Positions 10,701 through 19,591 of a stretch of DNA of 64,000 bases are shown one piece after another. This DNA comes from Ostreococcus lucimarinus (taxonomy: Eukaryota). Numbering within the stretch: the first letter of the stretch is position 1; every line of letters starts with the position of its first letter. The DNA lies in NCBI GenBank assembly GCA_000092065.1, contig CP000596.1, one strand, 5' to 3'. Made by a program: the position numbers and the translations under genes. The notes beneath the pieces are model-generated. The model searched no databases, was not told the DNA's origin, and worked only from the letters and a program-made list of their open reading frames with translations.

Positions 10701-10787
10701 ATGCACAAATCCTACAGCAGGATCGACGATTTGTTCAACGAAATTCGGTGCACGCTCAGTTTCCACATCGGCGACGCCGGCGTCTAG
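7719..10787 (+). CDS. UTP21: WDR36 / UTP21 small-subunit processome WD40-repeat protein
   Basis: ~1020 aa. N-terminus MALFAPYRALGLVNAQRGCALVV.. is typical of Utp21, with many WD40 repeats and a C-terminal Utp21 domain. The start is 94 bp head-to-head with the torsin gene. Confidence 0.8.
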   Translation: MALFAPYRALGLVNAQRGCALVVKRRGTETFVTVSAEDAFAVYDARKLTLVFRSARFATSDARGIGAMAVRKDYTFCAIGREIRCAKRLAECCEGLGRDDGSGHDARVTTLHAFGRHLASVDENGAVKMWDIDDDAMRARERAWAVGRGEPTGPEGESDSELELGARAMEMPRTFAATTVCHPDGYVDKLLFGSSDGRLALMNVRAGKLVHEFAGWGSAVTALENSPATDVVAVGLADGRVLLVNVLEDKVLFTLTPERGVKVTALAFRTDDQDDVLCVGDETGRVTVWDLEKRSLRTLIVQCHEGPVVSLKFLDGQPVMVSSGFDNTLKEWIFDREDGDARLLRFRAGHSKPPTSVSFYGEGKKLLAAGSDRTLRFFHAFRDQQNIELSQKNVSKRAKKIGVAEEELKLSPVTKMAWGELRERDWANVVTAHEGSNKAYTWRISKGALGEHILQCPKDDGKCEVKSVAISACGNFAFLGAANGAIHRFNLQSGAHRGAFERVLDADEVMRTKKKKNGNEGYNFPGGKRSFWALANQTGGNAEGKLRVAAHDGEVTCIQAHCANRSVVTAGVDGMIRVWKFSELKIDLEIDVGCGVRCGHLHEDSLLVVGCADKHVRVYDTMTGKRVRTFKPRGQENEAGDITSVQISENGKWIFVLDTTGTIRVYDIPAARLIQHMILGADKVTAMSFSPRMDFLATVHENRVGLYLWVNMPMFDYDTKLAYGRKVSIALPRKHAESDADGGVRDASEETNKESNDTDVYIHPFEEDEEEEHRNLQELEEYFKEMATGPKQIAPGMITLAMMPQTQIEMLLNLETVQAKSKVKTDDKEPELAPFFLPTAAASDDVRRSVFDPARESELNAKDDTGDDDSKAPKSRILRQGADLAGASATPLLTLILRGERSEDYTEALEFLKNASIHVVDAELRSLGPWDHKFMSEDDVKTLRSAIKFFTAAIASGMYYEMVNAQLNVFLNVHTTAIMQSSALVDECHALREAMHKSYSRIDDLFNEIRCTLSFHIGDAGV

Positions 10788-10934
10788 TCCCGCGGCGACC
10801 CCACCGGCGCCGATCGCGCCACCGCGAACGTGTAAATCAAAACAAGCGTTTCAACGCCATCTCACGCGCTTCGCGTTCGTCCACCATCCGTCCCGCGTCG
10901 TCGTCTTCGCTCGCCGCACTCCCCGCCGCGTCCC

Positions 10935-11411
10935 ATGTCCGCCTTCGTCCCCGTTCCCGGCTGCGCCACGCGCTTCCGCGTCCTCAACCAGGCGCCGCCG
11001 TCCGCCCCCGTCGTCGAGCGCGGCGACGTCGTCGTCGTCCACGCCAAGGGCGTCGTCAAGGAGACGCAAAAGACGTTCTGGTCCACCAAGGACCCGGGAC
11101 AGAAACCGTTCGAGTACACCGCCGGCGTCGGCGGCGTCATCACCGGTGCGTCGCGCGCGTCGTCGTCGCTCGAGAACCGAGCGCTCGCGCGCCCGCGACG
11201 CGCGACGCCGCGCGACTGACGATGAACGATCGCGAATCGAATCGCCGCAGGCTGGGACCGCGGCTGCCTCGGCGCGCGCGTCGGCGAGACGCGCGAGCTC
11301 GACATTCCCGCGAGCGAGGGCTACGGCGCCGGAGGATTCCCGGCGTGGGGGATCCCGCCGAACGGCGCGCTCGTGTTCGAGATCGAGGTGCTCAGCGTGC
11401 GCGGAAAGTAG
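10935..11411 (+). CDS. FKBP-type peptidyl-prolyl cis-trans isomerase, two exons (10935..11145, 11251..11411)
   Basis: Exon 1 ..VVVHAKGVVKETQKTFWSTKDPGQKPFEYTAGVGGVITG. A 105-nt intron runs from G|GTGCGTCGCG to cgccgcag|G. Exon 2 WDRGCLGARVGETRELDIPASEGYGAGGFPAWGIPPNGALVFEIEVLSVRGK* restores the FKBP signature. Confidence 0.7.
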
Positions 11412-11536
11412 AGCGACGAGCGACGAGTAATCCGACGACGCGCCGAATGAATCAAACCGAACGAACGTCACCGCGCGACGCGCGCGATGCGGTGAGGCGC
11501 GGCGCGAGCCCGAACGAACGCGCGCGCACGCCGACG

Positions 11537-14209
11537 ATGCGCCGGGACGCGTTCCCGGCGTTCCCGTACGCGACGGCGTACGGAATACAAAAAGATCTCA
11601 TGCGACACATCTACGACGCGTGCGAGCGACGCGCGACGTTCGGCGCGTTCGAGAGCCCGACGGGCACGGGGAAGACGCTGAGCGTGTTGATCGCGGCGAT
11701 GTCGTGGATCGACGATCGACGACGGGCGCGGCTGGCGGGGACGAAGTTGGACGACGAGGACGACGGGCGGGACGGCGCGGGGGAGACGACGAAGAGCGCG
11801 GAGGACGACGAACCGGATTGGTTGCGAGAGTACGACGCGAAGCGAAGGAAAACAGACGCGGATGAGGTCGAACGAAGACGAGGGGAGATACGGCGGGAGA
11901 TGCGAGCGAGGGCGAAGACGGCGGAGACGCGCGCGCGGTTGCGGCGAGACGCGGAGACGCGGTTGAGAGAAAAGATTCGCGGCGGCGACGCGAGGGACTC
12001 CGCGGTGAAGAACGATGAGATCGATAAGCATACCGCGGAAGAGCGCGAGTTTTTAGCGGATGAGTACGACTCTGGGGCGGAAAATGCGAAGGAGGATTTG
12101 CGAACGTTGCTGCGAGACGGCGACGACGAGAGCGACGACGACGACGCGCACGCGGCGAAGGAGGAAGACGATGCGTTGCGTCCGGCACAGCAGGTAATTT
12201 TGTGCTCGCGGACGCACTCTCAGCTCACACAAGTGATTGGTGAGCTTAAGAGGACGGTATTCGGTGGGAGCGTGGCGAATGCGGAGGAACAAGTCGCCGT
12301 CGCCGCCGTCGCCGGTCGAGCGCAACTGTGCGTCAACCCGGCGGTGAAAAGCTTAGGCTCGGCGGCGCGAATCAACGAGCGTTGCTTGGACATGAGCAAA
12401 GGCAAGGCGAAGCCAGGGGAGAAGACGAAAATCAAGGCGTGTCCGTACTTGTCTAAGCGTCGAAAGGCGATGCTCGAGCTTAAAGAAGCGGCGTTGGCCA
12501 AGCCGATGGACATTGAAGATTTAGCCAAGCTCGGCGAGTCGAGTCGGGCGTGTCCGTATTACGCCGCTCGCTCGGCGTTACCGGAAGCGGACTTGGTGTT
12601 GATGCCCTACGCATCTTTGTTGCACGCGGACACGCGCGAGATTTTAGGCGTCAAGTTGGAGAATGCGGTGGTGGTTTTCGACGAGGCGCACAACTTGGTG
12701 GACGCCGTGCACAATTCATACGGCGCCGCGGTGACGCTCAACCAATTAAGCGACGTTAACGACATGCTCACCGAGTACGTCGAGCGATTCAAGACTCGTT
12801 TGAGCGCGAATAACTTGCGTTATCTGCGTACGTTGACCAACATAACGCGCGCGTTCGTGAAAGTCCTCGCGAAAGAGACGGAAGACGAGAGCAAACCTCA
12901 AAAACGATTGACGACGTTGAATGATTTCTTGTTTGAGTGCGGACAAGACACTGTGAATATGTTTAGCTTGCGAAGATACTTGAAGGAGAGTAAGGTAGCG
13001 CATAAGATCGCGTCGTATGGCGAGCGTGTGCGCTCGGGGGAGAACATGAGCGTCGACGGCGTCAAGATGGAAACCATCGGACGTACGAAAGTCGCCGTCG
13101 CGCCGGATCCAAATGCTGCCCCGCGCGTGGGCGCGGTGCACGCGTTGACGTCACTCATCGATGCGTTAGCGAGCGCGGATAGTGATGGTCGAATGATTTA
13201 CGAACGCGCCACGCCTGAAGGTGATCCCGCAACGCTTCGTTTTGTCCTGCTTGACGCCGCCAGCCGGTTCAAGCGCGTCGTCGAACAAGCGCGTTCGGTG
13301 ATTCTCGTCGGCGGAACGCTCGCGCCGATTCCCGAGCTCGTCGCCCAGCTCTTCCCAGATTTACAGTCGCAAACGGCTCCAGCACCGGGTGCTCGACAGC
13401 TCAAGACGTTCACGTGTGGGCACATCATACCCCGCGACAACTTGTTACCCATCGCCCTCTCCGCGGGTCCCACTGGCGTGGCGTTGGATTTCACGCACGG
13501 CGCTCGCGCTGACGTTTCCGTTATTGATGAACTCGGGAGAATCCTTCTCAACGCGTGCAGAGTCTCTCCTGGCGGAGCGTGTGTCTTCTTTCCGTCGTTC
13601 AAATACGCCGACGAAGTGTACGCGAGATGGGAGTCCACGGGCGCCATGGCGTCCATTCGCGGCGTCAAGGACGTGTATCGCGAACCGCGCGACGCGAGCA
13701 CTCTGGAGCAATGCTTGAGAGATTACGCGGCGTCAGTGAGCCGAGGCGCGAGTACGCGAAACGGCGGCGCGGTGTTGTTATGCGTCGTCGGAGGTAAGTT
13801 GAGCGAAGGCATCAACTTCAAGGATGAACTCGGTCGACTCGTCGTCATGGTCGGCTTGCCCTACGCCAACGTCGCCGACGCCGAGCTCAAGGCGCGCATG
13901 GACCATCTCGATACCGGTCCTGGGAACCAAGGACGCGGTCGCGCGTATTACGAAGCGTTGTGCATGCGAGGCGTCAATCAAAGCATCGGGCGCGCGATTC
14001 GTCACGTCGGCGATTACGCGTGCATTTTGCTCTGCGACAAGCGATGGGGCGCGTTTGGGAGCGCGACGAACGGCTCGCGCACCAAGGCGGCCAAAGCACT
14101 TCCAGAATGGATAGAACAACGACTTGTGGTGCCGCAGCGTAATTACGGTGAAGCGCACGGTCGCGTGGCACAATTCTTTCGCGCGCGCGAGGCGAAACAA
14201 GGACACTAG
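11537..14209 (+). CDS. DDX11/ChlR1-type (XPD/Rad3 family) Fe-S DNA helicase
   Basis: MRRDAFPAFPY..FESPTGTGKTLS (motif I), Fe-S cluster Cys region (..CVNP..C..C..CPY), DEAH (VVFDEAHNL) and C-terminal helicase motifs. The long ORF 10505.. upstream is a spurious extension overlapping the WDR36 and FKBP genes. Confidence 0.8.
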   Translation: MRRDAFPAFPYATAYGIQKDLMRHIYDACERRATFGAFESPTGTGKTLSVLIAAMSWIDDRRRARLAGTKLDDEDDGRDGAGETTKSAEDDEPDWLREYDAKRRKTDADEVERRRGEIRREMRARAKTAETRARLRRDAETRLREKIRGGDARDSAVKNDEIDKHTAEEREFLADEYDSGAENAKEDLRTLLRDGDDESDDDDAHAAKEEDDALRPAQQVILCSRTHSQLTQVIGELKRTVFGGSVANAEEQVAVAAVAGRAQLCVNPAVKSLGSAARINERCLDMSKGKAKPGEKTKIKACPYLSKRRKAMLELKEAALAKPMDIEDLAKLGESSRACPYYAARSALPEADLVLMPYASLLHADTREILGVKLENAVVVFDEAHNLVDAVHNSYGAAVTLNQLSDVNDMLTEYVERFKTRLSANNLRYLRTLTNITRAFVKVLAKETEDESKPQKRLTTLNDFLFECGQDTVNMFSLRRYLKESKVAHKIASYGERVRSGENMSVDGVKMETIGRTKVAVAPDPNAAPRVGAVHALTSLIDALASADSDGRMIYERATPEGDPATLRFVLLDAASRFKRVVEQARSVILVGGTLAPIPELVAQLFPDLQSQTAPAPGARQLKTFTCGHIIPRDNLLPIALSAGPTGVALDFTHGARADVSVIDELGRILLNACRVSPGGACVFFPSFKYADEVYARWESTGAMASIRGVKDVYREPRDASTLEQCLRDYAASVSRGASTRNGGAVLLCVVGGKLSEGINFKDELGRLVVMVGLPYANVADAELKARMDHLDTGPGNQGRGRAYYEALCMRGVNQSIGRAIRHVGDYACILLCDKRWGAFGSATNGSRTKAAKALPEWIEQRLVVPQRNYGEAHGRVAQFFRAREAKQGH

Positions 14210-14282
14210 CGTTCGGGGCGCGGCGCTCCGTAGCATTTTTTAGGAATGATGATAGATTAGTGCGTATGCTTCGCGGTGCGTC

Positions 14283-15266
14283 TTATTCGTCGCTGTCGTC
14301 GTCGTCGTCGTTCGCGTCGCTCGTCCACAGCGTGAGATTGTCGCGCAAAAGCTGCATGATCAAGGTGGAATCCTTGTAAGATTCGTCCGTCAGCGTGTCC
14401 AAATCGGCGATGGCTTCCTCGAACGCCGTCTTGGCGAGTTCGCACGCCTTGGTCGAATCGTTGCCGATTTCGTAATGGAACACCGAGTGGTTGAGCGCCA
14501 AACCGAGTCGCACGGGGTGCGTCGGCGGTAATCCATCGGTCGAACCCTTCCCGTTCGCCATCGTCGTCGCCTCCGCGTACGCCTCGTCCGCGTTTTTACT
14601 CGCCTCTTCGCGTTCATCACCGCTCGAAACCTCGGCGAGGTAGCGATAGTAATCCGCCTTCATCTTCAGGTAAAACACCACGCTCTCCCCATCCCCCGAC
14701 GCCTTGCTCAACAATCGCCCGTCGAGCACCTCCAACACGTCGGCGCAAATATCCTTCAACTCCTTCTCCACGCGCGTTCGATACCCCCTCACCTTTTCCG
14801 CCTGCGCCTCGTGTCCCTTCCCTCGCTCCTTCTCCTCGATCGAGTTCAAGATTCTCCACGACCCGCGTCGCGCGCCGATCACGTTCTTGTACCCCACGCT
14901 CAGCATGTTTCGCTCATCCGTCGTGAGCGCGTCGACGCCCTCGAGCGCGCACAGCGCCCGCATCGCCTTCACTTGTTCTGCGTCCGCGTCGCGCGCCGCG
15001 TCGCGTCGATCCGTCAGTCGCCTCGTCCCGACGCGTCATCGCGCCCGCGCCGTTCGCACGCGTCGATCGCGTCGCGCGCGCGACGCGTCGATCCGCGACG
15101 CGCCGCGCGCGCCCGCGCGCGCCTCGACGCGATCGATCCTTCGTTCGTCCGTCGCGCCGTCGATCGCGCCGTCGATCGCGTCGGACGTCGACGCACCGTC
15201 GTGTCGCTCCGCCTGCTCGGCGAGTTTCGCCTCGAACACGCATCGCTGGCGCGCGTCGAGCGACAT
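14283..15266 (-). CDS. 14-3-3 protein, two exons (15197..15266 and 14283..14977)
   Basis: Exon 1 [23 protein letters not shown], donor G|GTGCGTCGAC, ~219-nt intron. Exon 2 (E)[39 protein letters not shown]..continues the canonical 14-3-3 sequence. The ORF-track 'M' at 14972 is GTG. Confidence 0.85.
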
Positions 15267-15399
15267 GGCGCTTCGCTTCGCGACGCGACGCGACGCGCGA
15301 TGGCGCGCGACGCGGCGTCGCGACGCGCGTGTTTTTATCGATGACGGTCGGTCGTCGCGTGTGTACACGGCGTGAAAAACGCCGATCGCGAGACGCGCG

Positions 15400-18111
15400 A
15401 TGGTGGAAAAGGCGGGCGCGCGAAACGGCGTCCGCGTCAGCGCCGATGATCGAATGATGCGTCGCGACGCGACGACGCGACGCGGCGACTCGGCGCGCGC
15501 GATGGCGACGGACGCGCGCGCGAGGGCGACGCGCGCGGTGTATCTGCGCGAAACGGTGATCTCGAAGCTGCGATTGGCGCGGACGCTGAGCGATACCGCG
15601 GTGTATAAATCGTACGCGCGGCGGTCGGCATTGGCGATGAAGTACACGCTGACGATTTATGAGCAGCGGAAGATGCTGTTCTTGGCGGTGGCGCACGCGA
15701 TGGCGACGATGGTGGTGTGGTCGCACTTTTTCTTGGTCAAGTATCGCGCGACGGCGAAGGTGCCGCGCGGGGCGAATTTGTATTGGTGGAAGCGACTGAC
15801 GCCGCCGTTTGAGTTCGGGGCGATGCACGCGATTTTGTTTCAGATGGCGCTGCTGCCGCTGACGATGGCGCGACAGAGCGTGGCGGCGCTGTCGACGACG
15901 TCTTTCGGAAGGAAGTTTGTCCCGCTGCACAAAGTCGTGGCGATGCACATTCACCTCGGGTACGTCATGGTTTCTTTCGTGTTCGCGTCGACTATTTTGT
16001 TCTTCGTGTTCTTCGGACAAGGTTGCGCGCAGCAAAAGTCGGGTAAAGAGCCGACGCCGGGCGGGCAGCACACGTTTTGTCACAAGATGACGAGCGAAAT
16101 CATGGCCACCGGGTTGGCGATTATGGGATGCTTGCTGCTCGTCGCGGTGACGTCGTACGCGAGAAATCGAATCAAGTACGAGATCTTTTACTACGTTCAC
16201 CACTTCGTATTCATCATGTTTGCGCTCGCAATCGCGCACACGCTGGATGATAAGGCCCGACGCGGACAGGTGCGCTCGCAAAACTTTAAGTGGTTCTCCG
16301 CATCGCTCGTATGGTACTTGACGGACCGATTGCAAGCGTCGTTCAACATACGAGATTGTGACGTCGTGGAGTGCGTCGCGCTCGGTGACGACGAGCCGGA
16401 GTCACGTAAAGTGGTGCACTTGCGCATTGTGCGCCCGGAGACGTTCATTTTTCGTCCAGGTCAATATGTCTTTATCAACGATCGCAACATCGATTACACG
16501 TGGCATCCGTACTCGATTGCGTCGTCACCGCACGAGGATACGATTGACTTTTACATCGAAGTCATGTCGACGAGCAGAGTCGATGGCGCAAATAGCTGGA
16601 CGAATAAGCTCTGGCGCGACGCCCGGGATGGGTTTGTATCCAAAATGCGCATTAATGGACCGTATGGCACCGGATTTAACGACATCGACGACAAGACGGA
16701 AATCGTGGCCATCGGCGCCGGGACGGGCATCGTTCCGATGCTTTCCTTGGCGAAAGCCAAGGTGAACGAGTTCGTACGAATGAATGCTCAAGCGCGGTTG
16801 TCTGACTTGGCCGCCAGAGACGCCAAAAATCGCAAGTTCGCGGACAATTATTTCAAAGAGTCTTACACGCTGAAGGACTTCGTCTATAAACAGCTCGGCC
16901 TCGCGAAGAAGGAATCGAAGGCCAGCGAAATGTGGGCGAGTCGAAGCGTTCAAGACATATTTTTGCATAAGCAGTGCGCTTGGCGCGAAGCGAAGTTGCG
17001 AGAAGAAGGTGATAACGCCACGAAACGTCATTACGAGAGACTTCTCACGAAGAATGTCTTGCACGAAGTCGTGGACCTCACGCAAATCGGGTTCCCGCTG
17101 CTCGACTTAACCTCCATCGCGTTACTCCTTTCTTTCTCGAAAAACTTTGCAATCGCCACGCAAGCCATGCGAGAAGTCCCACTGTGGGCTTTCTTCGTAT
17201 GCCACTGCTATTTCTTCGTTCACTGGGTGTTCACCAGAATGAACGCCCCTATTTGGTGGATAGATCTCATCTTCAACGCCACGTCAACCGTGGCGTTCAC
17301 CGCCTGGTACAACTTGATTCGTGAAGATCGTAAGGAATGGAATGTCTACATGATTTGGGCGTTCGCCGCACTCTCGGTGTACCGAATCGCTCGAATCTCC
17401 AGTGACGTTCTCTTAACAGGCACTCCTGGCTCGCGCGCCGTCAACGCGTATCTCGAAAAAACGGGCGACGCGACGAGCGTGACTGAAAAGTTCACGCTCA
17501 TCTTCATGACGCCGCAGGTTGACTTCTGCCAAATCCTCTGGCGTGACTTGGACTCTCTTCATCAATCGATTACAAAGAATTATGGCGAGCAAGCTTCGCG
17601 TGTTTTCGACATTCAAGTCTATTGCACGTCGAGAGACTCGGCGGAAAACGAAGAATTGAAGAAGCGCGTCAAGGGCACTTCGCTCGGCGCCGCCGGCGCG
17701 CTTCATATGGAGCGCCCTGACTTGGACGAGATCACGTCTCGCCCCGTTCTTCAACAAGTGCTAAAGGATCAATTTACCGGAGAGGACAGACCATCGTTCA
17801 CGGCCAGCCTCGTCGCCTTTTGCGGCAGCACGCAGCTCGGTTCAAAAATTGCGCTCGCCGTCGTTCGCTCGAGAGCTCGCGTGAAAGCCTTCACCGAAAA
17901 TCACTCCATCGAGTTTCTTCAAGAAAACTACGGCCAAGCGACGCCCGCGAAAGATCGCGGTCGCGCCTCTTTCAAACAGGTCAGAGTCGAGCCTGCACCA
18001 ACTGTATCCGGCGTCGTCGGCAACATCGTAAACGTCGGCCGCGCCGCGGCCAACGTCGCCGCCGTCGCGCTCAAGACCGTCGGACCGAAGACGACGAAAA
18101 CGTCCAATTGA
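15400..18111 (+). CDS. NADPH oxidase / ferric reductase (NOX/FRE) family membrane flavocytochrome
   Basis: 903 aa with a ferric-reductase TM domain carrying His-containing helices, an FAD-binding region (HPYSIASSP), an NAD-binding region with a long insertion, and a C-terminal ..AFCGSTQLGS... No EF-hands are seen. It sits 134 bp head-to-head with the 14-3-3 gene. Confidence 0.7.
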   Translation: MVEKAGARNGVRVSADDRMMRRDATTRRGDSARAMATDARARATRAVYLRETVISKLRLARTLSDTAVYKSYARRSALAMKYTLTIYEQRKMLFLAVAHAMATMVVWSHFFLVKYRATAKVPRGANLYWWKRLTPPFEFGAMHAILFQMALLPLTMARQSVAALSTTSFGRKFVPLHKVVAMHIHLGYVMVSFVFASTILFFVFFGQGCAQQKSGKEPTPGGQHTFCHKMTSEIMATGLAIMGCLLLVAVTSYARNRIKYEIFYYVHHFVFIMFALAIAHTLDDKARRGQVRSQNFKWFSASLVWYLTDRLQASFNIRDCDVVECVALGDDEPESRKVVHLRIVRPETFIFRPGQYVFINDRNIDYTWHPYSIASSPHEDTIDFYIEVMSTSRVDGANSWTNKLWRDARDGFVSKMRINGPYGTGFNDIDDKTEIVAIGAGTGIVPMLSLAKAKVNEFVRMNAQARLSDLAARDAKNRKFADNYFKESYTLKDFVYKQLGLAKKESKASEMWASRSVQDIFLHKQCAWREAKLREEGDNATKRHYERLLTKNVLHEVVDLTQIGFPLLDLTSIALLLSFSKNFAIATQAMREVPLWAFFVCHCYFFVHWVFTRMNAPIWWIDLIFNATSTVAFTAWYNLIREDRKEWNVYMIWAFAALSVYRIARISSDVLLTGTPGSRAVNAYLEKTGDATSVTEKFTLIFMTPQVDFCQILWRDLDSLHQSITKNYGEQASRVFDIQVYCTSRDSAENEELKKRVKGTSLGAAGALHMERPDLDEITSRPVLQQVLKDQFTGEDRPSFTASLVAFCGSTQLGSKIALAVVRSRARVKAFTENHSIEFLQENYGQATPAKDRGRASFKQVRVEPAPTVSGVVGNIVNVGRAAANVAAVALKTVGPKTTKTSN

Positions 18112-18408
18112 ACGGCCACCGCGCCGTGATCCCAAACGTCATTGTAAATTAATCATCTTGTAATTTTGCCATCTGCCCGCGCCCGCCCGCCGCTCTTCGC
18201 TCGACGCTCGACGCTCTTCGCCGCTCTTCGCTCTTCGCTCTTCGCGCCGCGAGTCGAGTCACCGACGTTCCGCGACGCGCGACGTCAAAACGCTCGATCG
18301 CATCGAAGCGCTCGATCGTCGCGAGGGCGTCGCGACGCGCGCGCGGCGTCGCATCGCGCCGACGCGAAATCCAACGGAATCCAACGGTGCGCGCTTAAAT
18401 CTCGTCGC

Positions 18409-19275
18409 ATGGCGCCCGCGGACGCGATGGACGCCGACGCGCTCGCGCGCGAGTTGCGCGAAGAAAACGCATCGCTCAGGCGCGAGATCGAAGCGCTGCG
18501 GGAGCGTTCGGCGACGCGCGAGATTGAATTCAGGCAAGAGCTGCGCGCGTTGGCGGCGCAGTGCGCGAGCCTCGCGGCGGCGGCGGCGGTGACGAGCGCG
18601 AGCGCTGCGGCGACGACGGAAGCGACGCAAACGGAAGCGACGGTGAGCGCGGACGCGCACGGGGGTGAATGGCGCGTCGGAGGAGGGCACGGGGTCGGCG
18701 GGCGGCCGCGGCGAAGCGCGCGCGCGCCGCCGACGGCGTGGGAGGTGCCGAACGCGTGGCCGATGGGGGCCGAGAACGCGGATCGGGCGTCGGCGAGGTC
18801 CGGAGAGGTGAGCGATCGCGTTCGAGACGCGGTCGAGGAAGAGGCGAGGCGGCGCGGGCGAGGACGCCGCGGCGTCGACGCCGACGCGTTCGTCGGCGAC
18901 TTGAGTTCGTTCTTCTTCAAAACGGCCAAGCACGAAGCGCCGGTGTGGGAGTCGAAGAAAAGCACGAAAAGTAACGATATCGACGCGACGTCGATATTGC
19001 GAAGCGCGCGCGACGGTGCGAGCGAGGACGACGTCGACGCGGACGCCTTCGGCGCGTCTTCGCGTCCCGCCCGCGAAACCGACCCGTTCGACCGGAGCCG
19101 CGGACGTCCCGCGTCGTCCCTCGACGTCGAAGACGAGCGCGAGGCCGATCTCACCGATAGTTTACGCGACGACGACGACCTCGTCGACGCCCTGCTCCGC
19201 GGCGGCCGCGACGGCGAGCGCGCCGCCGAGACCCTCGCGTCTCGGCTTCGCGCCGTCGGCTTCGCCGATTCCTAG
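18409..19275 (+). CDS. hypothetical acidic coiled-coil protein
   Basis: ATG at 18409 (MAPADAMDADALARELREENASLRREIEALRE..). C-terminal half is D/E-rich. No family recognised. Confidence 0.3.
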   Translation: MAPADAMDADALARELREENASLRREIEALRERSATREIEFRQELRALAAQCASLAAAAAVTSASAAATTEATQTEATVSADAHGGEWRVGGGHGVGGRPRRSARAPPTAWEVPNAWPMGAENADRASARSGEVSDRVRDAVEEEARRRGRGRRGVDADAFVGDLSSFFFKTAKHEAPVWESKKSTKSNDIDATSILRSARDGASEDDVDADAFGASSRPARETDPFDRSRGRPASSLDVEDEREADLTDSLRDDDDLVDALLRGGRDGERAAETLASRLRAVGFADS

Positions 19276-19591
19276 TCCACCGGCTTCGCGCGCGTCTTCG
19301 CGTCCATCTTTTAGCGATCACTCGCGCCGCGTCGACGCCGTTCGATCGAACGCGAGACCTCCGCGGCGACGCGCGTCGCGTCTCTCCCCCGCGCGAGCGT
19401 CTTTTTTCGCGACCGTTCGGTAAAAATCACACCTCACACCCTGTTTGCACTGTTTGCCCATACGCATCGCGAAACGAACACTAAGCGTCGAAACGCCATT
19501 GATCGGCGTCCCTTGACGCGTCGCGGCGCGGCGCGTCTCGGCGCGCGTCGCGGCGCGACGACCGGTGCGCGCGCCCTGGACGACGCGGTCG

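Noticed and set aside
10505-11536. Upstream 340-aa extension of the helicase ORF
   Set aside because: It runs through the 3' end of the UTP21 gene and across both FKBP exons in another frame. The helicase N-terminal consensus (MRRDAFPAFPY..) begins at the internal ATG ~11537
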